DNA of 61,742 nt from a virus (lineage: Duplodnaviria; Caudoviricetes): the IMG/VR virus record IMGVR_UViG_3300042503_000814, positions 1 to 61,742 of that record. The stretch is one strand, 5' to 3'. This document shows, piece after piece, positions 54,829 through 61,742 of the stretch. Position numbers and translations under genes: made by a program. Position 1 is the stretch's first letter. Every line of letters starts with the position of its first letter. Under the pieces are notes generated by a model. That model had not been told where the DNA came from and ran no database searches. It was given only the letters and a program-made list of their open reading frames with translations.

Positions 54829-55048
54829 GAACTATGACGGCACTGGTGAACTGGATCACCTGCATGCCACCATCGTTAAACTGCGTGACGGGTGGCAGTG
54901 CGAGGTGCTGGAAGAGAACGAAGATCGCACGCGCGCAGTGGCGTACACCTACGGAGAGACGCTGCCGCTGACAGAGAAGATGGCCCGAGAGATTGCCAGC
55001 CGGTTCGTTGCCGGTCGGAAGATTCCTAAGCGATTGGACTGGAGGTAG
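54821..55048 (+). CDS. Early hypothetical protein
   Basis: GGAGGT SD. Confidence 0.7.
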   Translation: MGRNYDGTGELDHLHATIVKLRDGWQCEVLEENEDRTRAVAYTYGETLPLTEKMAREIASRFVAGRKIPKRLDWR

Positions 55049-55051
55049 CTG

Positions 55052-55138
55052 ATGTTTGCGATGAGTGAGACGATGGACTTTCTGATCGGTGGCACCGGAG
55101 TGCTGCTGCTGTTGTGGTGGAGTTCTGGGAGCCACTGA
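55052..55138 (+). CDS. 28-aa hydrophobic peptide
   Basis: GGAGGT SD; fills gap. Confidence 0.45.
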   Translation: MFAMSETMDFLIGGTGVLLLLWWSSGSH

Positions 55139-55140
55139 CC

Positions 55141-55914
55141 ATGCTGTACGGATATGCCCGTGTTTCTACGGACAAGCAGGAGAACAGTGCTGATGCCCAA
55201 GCTATCCGTCTTAGGGCATACGCTGAGCAGTCAGGCTTGGAGTTCGGGGGCGTGTTCGTAGACGAGGATCAGTCGGCGTACAAGATCCCACTGAACAAGC
55301 GAAGGCAGGGCAAGGTACTGTGGGACAAGTTGCAGGAAGGCGACATCGTTGTCTTCTGTACGTTCGACCGTGTCTTCCGGTCGGTGCTGGATGCGGCGCA
55401 GACCCTAGCCAAGTGCAAGGAACTTGGGTTTCAGCTGCGGTTTCTGGACGACAGCATCGATGTGACGACCATCCAGGGCGAGTTGTCGTTCAACCTCCAG
55501 TCTGCTGTCGCCCAGTTTGGCAGCCAGATTGCAGGCCAGAGGCAGCGTGAGAACCAGGCATACCTTATCGCAGCCGGTCGCCCGTGCGGGAAGTTCCGGC
55601 CGTTCGGATGGGTTGCCAAGGACAAAGCGTTCGTTGTCTACCGTCCCGAGCGAGAGATCGGTGACATGGTGGTGGCTATGCGCAAGGCGGGCCGGTCCTT
55701 CACGGACATCTGCCTGCACCTGTGCAAGAAGGAACTGCGCAAGCCAGCCAACAAGCATGGTGTCAGGGGGTACTACGGCCTGTCAGACACAGTTGCTCTG
55801 CATCGGGCAGCGTCAGCTGGATACCCAAAGATCCGGCCAAGACTTTCGCAAGCGCAGTGGCGCGACGAGATGCAGCGCGTAGAGAAATCTCATGCGACTC
55901 AGCCAGCGCTCTGA
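55141..55914 (+). CDS. Serine recombinase (resolvase catalytic domain plus partial recombinase domain)
   Basis: YGYARVST..Q, DRVFRS, PFGW. Confidence 0.9.
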   Translation: MLYGYARVSTDKQENSADAQAIRLRAYAEQSGLEFGGVFVDEDQSAYKIPLNKRRQGKVLWDKLQEGDIVVFCTFDRVFRSVLDAAQTLAKCKELGFQLRFLDDSIDVTTIQGELSFNLQSAVAQFGSQIAGQRQRENQAYLIAAGRPCGKFRPFGWVAKDKAFVVYRPEREIGDMVVAMRKAGRSFTDICLHLCKKELRKPANKHGVRGYYGLSDTVALHRAASAGYPKIRPRLSQAQWRDEMQRVEKSHATQPAL

Positions 55915-56329
55915 GTGTCTTGCCGTTGATGAACCTGTCGGTGGCTAGCTCCTGCTCCCACTCTGGGAGATCAGCGATGGCCAGACGGATGTGGTCAACG
56001 TGATCGAACTCTGGCAGCAGGTCGGCTGCTTCCTCCAGTGTGATGCGAATCTCCCCTGGCTGGCGGGCTAGCTTCTTAATCGCCTTGTACATGGCGTTGA
56101 GTACAGCCCTGGCGAAGTATGCCTTGGGGTAGGGCAACCGCTTGGGGTCATAGGTTCGGGCAGCTTTGACCAGCGCCAGATACCCTTCGCTCTGCAGGTC
56201 TTCGACCAGCACAGACCGCTGCCACCCGGGCCGGTTCTGTAAGAAATACTTTGCGAGTATCGCCGCGAGCGGCATGTACTCAACGACTAGGCGTTGACGC
56301 TTGGCTGAGAGCTTCAATCGTTTTGTCAT
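55763..56329 (-). CDS. Sigma-70 family factor (regions 2 and 4)
   Basis: LV..YMPLA, EDL.SEG.LALVKAARTYDP, LP..EQ...TLR.LA. Confidence 0.85.
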   Translation of the reverse strand: MTKRLKLSAKRQRLVVEYMPLAAILAKYFLQNRPGWQRSVLVEDLQSEGYLALVKAARTYDPKRLPYPKAYFARAVLNAMYKAIKKLARQPGEIRITLEEAADLLPEFDHVDHIRLAIADLPEWEQELATDRFINGKTLRALAESHEISLRAASRRATALAKVLAGSLGIQLTLPDAEQLCLTGRSTP

Positions 56330-56507
56330 GCGCGTTCAGACGAACCTCATGTTCCTCTATGGTCTGGCGCAGTTCGTCCAGCATGCGGGGCAATGACTCC
56401 ACGCTACTGGCTATTACCGCAACCTTGGCATGCAGGCTAAATGCCCACGGGACTACCGCTGCGGCAACCGAAATGCCCAGCATCCACAACTCTGTCTCAG
56501 GCGACAT
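56280..56507 (-). CDS. Holin-like/XhlA-like protein (TM plus coiled coil)
   Basis: N-terminal TM, ...HEVRL. Confidence 0.6.
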   Translation of the reverse strand: MSPETELWMLGISVAAAVVPWAFSLHAKVAVIASSVESLPRMLDELRQTIEEHEVRLNAHDKTIEALSQASTPSR

Positions 56508-56724
56508 CTGTTCCCCTCACCATGGCGATTAACATGAGTCCCGCGTACGGGTGTAGTTGCCCTTCCTCAACGTGGAGTTTGATCATCCGCGTTGCTTTGA
56601 AGGCGTCGGCTTCGGGGTATCTGTACATGTGGGTGTGCCCGTTGTATCGGGCTAAGACTTCAAAGCTGATGTCGCTTCCAGTCTCAGATGCTCTAGGCTT
56701 GTTGGGTGTTCGCTGAAAATCCAT
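56497..56724 (-). CDS. Hypothetical protein (start uncertain)
   Basis: Fills gap in operon. Confidence 0.45.
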   Translation of the reverse strand: MDFQRTPNKPRASETGSDISFEVLARYNGHTHMYRYPEADAFKATRMIKLHVEEGQLHPYAGLMLIAMVRGTDVA

Positions 56725-56957
56725 TTGGCTAGCCATGCACTGATGAGGTTGATGATGATGGGCAGGACGATCAGCAGCAGGACCGATCCGCATTCCTGGT
56801 GACGCGCGCGGAACTCACTGCGGATCTGCTTCTTCCATTCGCGCCGGTCGGGGTTGGCCGTGGCGATTGCGATCAGCGCCACCTCCTCGCCGTGCTTCGA
56901 CATGCGAGCAGCACCCGTCTCTTCCGCACACCGCACTGCTATTTGCTGGGCAAGCAT
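56652..56957 (-). CDS. Membrane protein
   Basis: CGSVLLLIVLPIIINLISAW. Confidence 0.65.
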   Translation of the reverse strand: MLAQQIAVRCAEETGAARMSKHGEEVALIAIATANPDRREWKKQIRSEFRARHQECGSVLLLIVLPIIINLISAWLAKWIFSEHPTSLEHLRLEATSALKS

Positions 56958-57190
56958 GTCTTGCATTCCTTGGAGGGGACAAGCACAGACTTGGTCTTGC
57001 AGAGGCACCCTGGCGGGCACGCGCAGTCGGTCACATGCCCATCGCCGTGCGTGATCTTGCCGTTCTTGCACAGCCCGCAGCACTTGGACTTTGGTGCCGT
57101 GTAGGTGGTAACAACGTACGCTGCCTCCACTGCGACCCGCTCAGGGAATGTGGGCACCGGGAACAGCAGCGAGAAGATGAGACTGATCAT
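56939..57190 (-). CDS. Secreted/anchored Cys-rich small protein
   Basis: Hydrophobic N-terminus; CCGLC.NG.I..GDG...C.C. Confidence 0.7.
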   Translation of the reverse strand: MISLIFSLLFPVPTFPERVAVEAAYVVTTYTAPKSKCCGLCKNGKITHGDGHVTDCACPPGCLCKTKSVLVPSKECKTCLPSK

Positions 57191-58131
57191 GTCTGCAGTA
57201 GTCCTATGGTGCCGTAGTCGGGCAGCTTCTGAGGGGGGAAGCCATCCACATTTCCGTATGCCCAGGCATCACCATCGGTGACGCACACTGCCCAGTCGTC
57301 TGCCTTGGTGACGATCATCCCCGGCACCTGCTCCGGGTAGGACGATGGCCAGTCCTTCACAGGCTGGTTCCACGGACCCCAAGAATTGGCGATGAAGAAC
57401 ACAGTGAACGGCCAGAACTCTTTGGTGTCGTCAAAACCTACCGTCGCCATGTCATGCGCCCAGCCGCCAGCCTGACGAGGGTGGATGTTCTGTGAGTTGG
57501 GTGAGCTTGCCCACTTGGCGTACTGCCCCGAGTGGATTCCGTACCCGTTGGCCAGTGCGTCCATCGCATCGCGCACAGTGTTGATCTGTCGGATGATGCC
57601 GACCTTCTGCTCCCGGCACAGCGCAGCCACCTCGCCGGGCACTCCGCTGCCGCCCCACCTTGCGCCGATTGACCCGTTGTATTTTGAAAGATCAACTGGG
57701 TCGTACTTCTTACGGATCAGAAACCCAACGTCCCGCTCAAACGTCGATGCTCTGGCAGGGATCATGCCCTCACCGCTGTGGCCGCGGGCACCGTACGTTG
57801 GCTCCGTTGCTCCGCGTAGGATGAATGACTCAGGGCGTTGCTCAATCAGAACTTGTACCGCGCGCGTGCAGTCACGGGCATTCCGACTTCCATGGGACAC
57901 GCAGTCTCCGACCGTCTGAACTTCTGTGAAGGACAGTGGGTCCAGCTTGCGAACGTACTGCCACAGAAGAGCGCGCTTGCCTGCGCCTGACCCTACGTTG
58001 TTGGGTTCCGAGTAGATCGGGCGGGGCTGCGACTCCTGCCACAGCACCCGATCCCGGGGGCTGTTGATCCAGCCGGTCAGCCCATCGTCGTATGCTTTGA
58101 GGGGGGCGAAGTCACTCACTTTGCTTTGCAA
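57187..58131 (-). CDS. Papain-like (C1) cysteine peptidase
   Basis: Q..GDC, WAHDM, IANSWG. Confidence 0.85.
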   Translation of the reverse strand: MQSKVSDFAPLKAYDDGLTGWINSPRDRVLWQESQPRPIYSEPNNVGSGAGKRALLWQYVRKLDPLSFTEVQTVGDCVSHGSRNARDCTRAVQVLIEQRPESFILRGATEPTYGARGHSGEGMIPARASTFERDVGFLIRKKYDPVDLSKYNGSIGARWGGSGVPGEVAALCREQKVGIIRQINTVRDAMDALANGYGIHSGQYAKWASSPNSQNIHPRQAGGWAHDMATVGFDDTKEFWPFTVFFIANSWGPWNQPVKDWPSSYPEQVPGMIVTKADDWAVCVTDGDAWAYGNVDGFPPQKLPDYGTIGLLQT

Positions 58132-58501
58132 CCTCCCGGCATGCGGCTGCGATCTGGTTCACTAGCGAGGTGCTAAGTGGTGCATCATCCAGTGGGAACT
58201 TGTCGGCCATCACCTTCTCAACAGCAACGTCCAGGCCAGCGTACTTGCCGCGCATATCGGCAGCAGCCAGCTTCAACGTGTTGATATGCAGCTGCCGCCA
58301 CATGCCCACGGTGCTGATGAGGTTGCCGTTGTCCTTCTCGGTCACATCGGCAAGGGACAGGTAGATGCCCTTGAGGTGTGAGCGGTCTGATCGGCTGGCC
58401 CCGGCCATCGCAGTAGCGACTGGGCCTTCGGCTTTCTTGGGAGAGGGGATGAACGTCAGGGCAGCGACAACGATGGCGACGATCACGGGGATGTTCTTCA
58501 T
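58112..58501 (-). CDS. Membrane-anchored periplasmic protein
   Basis: N-terminal TM/signal. Confidence 0.7.
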   Translation of the reverse strand: MKNIPVIVAIVVAALTFIPSPKKAEGPVATAMAGASRSDRSHLKGIYLSLADVTEKDNGNLISTVGMWRQLHINTLKLAAADMRGKYAGLDVAVEKVMADKFPLDDAPLSTSLVNQIAAACREVAKQSE

Positions 58502-58719
58502 GCCTTCACCTTCAGCAGTGCTTGGAGGAGGGCGTTGCATGCGTTGACGACAGCGGCGTCGGTGCTTGCCTCCTTCACGGAGACGATGGATTCGATCTGC
58601 TTGAGGATCGACGGCTTGCTCTTGTTGCTGACGGGCAGCTTGATTGAATTAAGCGGGAGGTAGGTGAGTACCACTGCCACTGCCACTGCAACGAGGGCGA
58701 GAATCTGTACAGTCGTCAT
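58498..58719 (-). CDS. Small membrane-anchored protein
   Basis: N-terminal TM; ATGA coupling. Confidence 0.7.
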   Translation of the reverse strand: MTTVQILALVAVAVAVVLTYLPLNSIKLPVSNKSKPSILKQIESIVSVKEASTDAAVVNACNALLQALLKVKA

Positions 58720-59654
58720 AGGATCTTGGCTCCGGGGATGAAGATGGTTACGCCACCAATGTTGGCCTGCATGGTGTAGTTCAGCAGCTTGTGCGGATCG
58801 ACCAAGCCCCAGCCGTAGACGTTGTCACGGCCTTGCTCGCCAACGTCCTTGCAGGTGGTGGCCAGTGCCTTCATCACATCGGCATGGTTCACCGTGCGAT
58901 CTAGCTTGTGCTGCGCGCTGATGTACAAGGCCAGCACACCCGCAACGAACGGTGCGGCCATGCTTGTGCCACTCACCGTGGCATAGCCGTCGCTCAGCCA
59001 GCAGCTGGTGATGTCCTGCCCTGGTGCGGCTACAGCAATCTCTTTCCCCCTGCTAGAAAACTCGCAGGCATTGCCGTGGCTATCGACTGCACCCACTGCA
59101 ATCGTCTCTTGGTAGGCAGCAGGGTAGTTGACTGAACCCCCATCGTTCCCGGCCGCGCACACCACAATGATCCCGGCAGCAGCTGCCTCGCGGATCGCAC
59201 TGTGTACCCCGTCGTCCGTGCGGCTTGATCCCAAGGACATGGAGATGATCTGAACCTTGGCTTCGATGGCGTGGCGCACCGCTTGTGTCACCCAGTCGTT
59301 GCTGCCCATCCCGCTGTGGCCAAGGACTTTGAGGGAGAGGATCTTGGCGGCGGGAGCAATGCCCTTGGCCAGCCCATCACGGGCGGCGATGATGCCACTC
59401 ACATGGGTGCCGTGGCCCAGCGTGTCATGCGGGTCCGAGTCAGATGTGAAGTTCCGGTAGTCAACCACCGCCTCGTCCAAGGCAGGGTGCTTGGCTACAC
59501 CACTGTCGATGACCGCGACAGTCACCCCTTCGCCCTTGGACTTCTGCCACAGGGAAGGGATCCCGTACGAACAGACACCCCAATCAACTCCGTGCTGGAG
59601 TGCGCGAGGTGCGTCTAGGTTGACCCGATACGGGGGGAGGTGGACTACGCTCAC
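58716..59654 (-). CDS. Subtilisin-like S8 serine peptidase without signal or propeptide
   Basis: VIDSG, HGTHV, AAGN, GTSMAAP. Confidence 0.95.
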   Translation of the reverse strand: MSVVHLPPYRVNLDAPRALQHGVDWGVCSYGIPSLWQKSKGEGVTVAVIDSGVAKHPALDEAVVDYRNFTSDSDPHDTLGHGTHVSGIIAARDGLAKGIAPAAKILSLKVLGHSGMGSNDWVTQAVRHAIEAKVQIISMSLGSSRTDDGVHSAIREAAAAGIIVVCAAGNDGGSVNYPAAYQETIAVGAVDSHGNACEFSSRGKEIAVAAPGQDITSCWLSDGYATVSGTSMAAPFVAGVLALYISAQHKLDRTVNHADVMKALATTCKDVGEQGRDNVYGWGLVDPHKLLNYTMQANIGGVTIFIPGAKIL

Positions 59655-60007
59655 TCGTCCTTGCCTGTCGCCAGTAGCTTCAGAACATAGATCACCAGCG
59701 GGATGATCACATCGATGAACGTCTTCCAGTCCACGCCAAGCGCAGAGAACTCAACGCCAGCCGTGAAGGCGAGGGCTTCAAAGTCCTGCTCTTCGTAGTC
59801 CTCGTCCGTGAAGCGACTCTTGGTCAACGCCTTGGGCGAGACGGCCTGGGCCTCCAAGACAGGGATGATTACCTTGGCAGCTTGGTTGACGAGTTCCCAC
59901 TGGTCAGCGTAAGGCAGATCCTTCCGCCACTTCTTGGCAATCTCAACCAGCGCAAGCAGCGCAGTCTGGTTGGCAAGCAGGAACTTAACTACCTTGATGT
60001 TCAGCAT
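59651..60007 (-). CDS. Membrane protein
   Basis: GGGAGAGG SD; C-terminal DW..FI..IIPLVI..L. Confidence 0.7.
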   Translation of the reverse strand: MLNIKVVKFLLANQTALLALVEIAKKWRKDLPYADQWELVNQAAKVIIPVLEAQAVSPKALTKSRFTDEDYEEQDFEALAFTAGVEFSALGVDWKTFIDVIIPLVIYVLKLLATGKDE

Positions 60008-60395
60008 GAGCCTCTCCCGTAGTGTCATTGATTGCGATTGCCACAATGGCGTGGCCCGCGATGTCGGCCAGCGTTTCCCTAATAGCTAGTGTCCGATCCG
60101 TGCCGATCATGCCCCGGAGGCGGCGGCACTTCTCCCCGATCCTGGCAAGCTGGTAGACCCACGGTTCGATACCGTCCTCTGCAACGCCTAGCGCGTTCTC
60201 TAACGGGCTTTCCTCCGCACACCCGTAGTACCCCCGCTTCCGGCTCAGAAGCCGCCATAGCTCAACGCAGATGGGCAGATAGGGATCGTCGGGGGAGACG
60301 GACAGAGCCTCACCAAGTGCGCTCTCGGCAAGCCTTAACGAGTCGGCCGTATTCGGCCCAGAAACTGGCATGGTGGTAGGGGTCATCGTTATCAA
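59985..60395 (-). CDS. DUF1599/Nmad1-like (MazG-like fold) protein
   Basis: K..YYG..P..N, R..EK..RL, ETLAD.AGHA. Confidence 0.65.
   Translation of the reverse strand: MITMTPTTMPVSGPNTADSLRLAESALGEALSVSPDDPYLPICVELWRLLSRKRGYYGCAEESPLENALGVAEDGIEPWVYQLARIGEKCRRLRGMIGTDRTLAIRETLADIAGHAIVAIAINDTTGEAHAEHQGS
60078..60094 (-). promoter_or_regulatory. Late-promoter-like motif GGACACTAGCTATTAGG upstream of lysis block
   Basis: 16/17 identical to 33126-33142. Confidence 0.7.
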
Positions 60396-60663
60396 TCTCC
60401 TCCTCGTCTAGCAGGAATGCGGTGCGGGCATGCGCCCACTCCTCCATAAAAGTCTCAACCAGTGCGTCCCGATCCAGGCTGTCGCGCAGAGCGATCACCC
60501 CGCGGTCGCCGTCTTCGTTCAGCAGGAAGTACCCCAGCAGATCCGGCATCGTTTCCGTTGGCCGGATGCACACCCGGATCGGGAACGTGCATGGGAAGCG
60601 GTCCTCTGCCCACCTCTTCAGCTTGCGGGCCAGCGCCCGCCTCCAGCAGGAACTTCGGGGCAT
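60310..60663 (-). CDS. Zincin-like protein with degenerate HExxH
   Basis: ETFMEEWAHA ... HHASFW. Confidence 0.6.
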   Translation of the reverse strand: MPRSSCWRRALARKLKRWAEDRFPCTFPIRVCIRPTETMPDLLGYFLLNEDGDRGVIALRDSLDRDALVETFMEEWAHARTAFLLDEEEIDNDDPYHHASFWAEYGRLVKACRERTW

Positions 60664-60949
60664 CGGACAACTCCATGATCAGTAGCCAGGGCTGGTTGTT
60701 ACGCCGGTGCAGGACGACAGGGCATTTCCCCCGTGCATCCCGGCGGGCTTGCGCCAACCAGTCGTATGGGTTCCCCCGCTCAGTTCGCTTCACCTCAAGA
60801 TGAATGCCCGGGTAGTCACTGATCACATCCGGGGAGTCAGTTCCCCCGGCAAATTGCTGGCCCCGGCGAGCCTTGCCGCCCATCACATGCGCCCAAACCT
60901 TGGACGCCTCAAGCTCCCCTCTGCAACCTTTGGCACGGGACTGGGTCAC
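60455..60949 (-). CDS. Holliday junction resolvase-like nuclease
   Basis: SRAKG.RGE.E, PD, EVKR; GTGA coupling. Confidence 0.8.
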   Translation of the reverse strand: MTQSRAKGCRGELEASKVWAHVMGGKARRGQQFAGGTDSPDVISDYPGIHLEVKRTERGNPYDWLAQARRDARGKCPVVLHRRNNQPWLLIMELSDAPKFLLEAGAGPQAEEVGRGPLPMHVPDPGVHPANGNDAGSAGVLPAERRRRPRGDRSARQPGSGRTG

Positions 60950-61191
60950 TTCTGCCACCTCGCCAGCAGGCCGTTGGAATGACGGGACTCCACCAGCGTG
61001 AGGCTGGGGAACTGTTCTGTCAGTAGCTTGATGGCATCCATGCCAACCTTCAGCTTGTCGATGGACTTCTCGTTCTGACTGATCCACCGGCCCAGCCTGC
61101 CACCCATGTTCAAATCGGTGGTGGCACCGGCTGGCTCCCAGTAAATGAGGAACGTGTAGCTGGCAGTGCGGATCATTGTGCCTGTGTTCAT
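60946..61191 (-). CDS. Hypothetical protein
   Basis: ATGA/GTGA coupling. Confidence 0.65.
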   Translation of the reverse strand: MNTGTMIRTASYTFLIYWEPAGATTDLNMGGRLGRWISQNEKSIDKLKVGMDAIKLLTEQFPSLTLVESRHSNGLLARWQK

Positions 61192-61586
61192 GGTGACCTT
61201 GCCGTCCATGATGTAATGTTCTGCTGGCGTTCGCGGGTGTAGTAATCCGGCAGCGATTCCGGGTCGTAGCCCAAGTGTTGCTTGTGCTTTAGAGATGCAA
61301 GAAACGCAGGGTCGTAGTTATCGGGATCACACTCTTGCTTAACGCCTAGAAGTGTAGCTTTGTTCAGGTCGGGCTGTCCACTGAAAATCTTGCCGCTGTG
61401 ATACACCCCGTGGCAGCGTGAGCAGAGGCGCAGGTAATTGCGGATGTCATGCTTGCGACCGGCACCACCAATAATGTGGTGAACCTCCAAGCTGCGGCGA
61501 CCATCGGACTCAGGCCACCAGCACACAGCGCAACTGCGGTGTAACTCCACCCACTCTAGTAGCGCGGCCTGCTCGGTCTTATTCAT
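61188..61586 (-). CDS. HNH endonuclease
   Basis: CAVC, EVHHI, N...LCSRCH. Confidence 0.85.
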   Translation of the reverse strand: MNKTEQAALLEWVELHRSCAVCWWPESDGRRSLEVHHIIGGAGRKHDIRNYLRLCSRCHGVYHSGKIFSGQPDLNKATLLGVKQECDPDNYDPAFLASLKHKQHLGYDPESLPDYYTRERQQNITSWTARSP

Positions 61587-61618
61587 GTGCGGTAGTGTAC
61601 CGGCTTACACCGCAGCGC

Positions 61619-61742
61619 GCCACAGCTTAAACGGCGGCGAGGGTGCATAGCGACTCCCAAAAATCTGAGAGTCGCTATCTGCCCAAACGGCGGTTTCGGG
61701 TTGCAGAGAGCGGGCGTGCGTGTTGTTTTCGGGGTTCACGGC
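61619..61742. repeat. Terminal direct repeat / assembly overlap, copy 2
   Basis: Identical to 1-124. Confidence 0.97.

Noticed and set aside
48480-54830. CRISPR array or integron attC sites in the early array
   Set aside because: Repeats are short, irregularly spaced SD/stop-start junctions separated by whole genes, with no attC-like palindromes
46250-55914. Plus-strand block as an invertible segment flipped by the serine recombinase
   Set aside because: No flanking inverted repeats found by eye; divergent early/late organisation explains the orientation
61619-61742. 124-bp end repeat as a biological terminal repeat
   Set aside because: An exact short overlap is typical of circular assembly, and there is no independent evidence for real termini here
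1-61742. Stop-codon reassignment
   Set aside because: Genes are intact and densely coupled under code 11, and all three stop codons are used

Overview
The window is a complete, circularly assembled dsDNA phage genome. The unit length is about 61,618 bp, because bases 1-124 are repeated exactly at 61619-61742. It has a podovirus-like layout with no tape measure or tail tube, and it is probably temperate. I infer a Planctomycetota host from several small protein families and the Cys-rich virion protein; this is family recognition only, with no database check. The minus strand carries four blocks: (1) a recombination/replication block (RecE-like nuclease, ERF, SSB, split SF2 helicase; no recognisable polymerase or primase); (2) an HNH/Holliday-junction resolvase block; (3) a candidate lysis block with two proteases and small membrane proteins but no recognisable peptidoglycan hydrolase, ending in a sigma factor; (4) the morphogenesis block (scaffold, capsid, glycosyltransferase, TerS-like, TerL, portal, many fibre/RBP genes, tail adaptors, ejection proteins). 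The plus strand carries a tyrosine integrase and a ~9.7 kb array of small translationally coupled genes ending in a serine recombinase. The most notable observations are: a candidate attP made of a sigma70-type promoter plus the 5' end of a tRNA-Arg; a D-x-[IVL]-R-x-[LV]-[LI] motif shared by several small late proteins (including an ADP-ribosyltransferase-like one) that resembles the scaffold C-terminus and may be a capsid cargo-loading tag; protease-only lysis; a structured ~220 nt RNA-like element behind duplicated hairpin units; and a conserved GGRCAMT-N6/7-TAGR late-promoter-like motif. Protein calls come from motif reading by eye.
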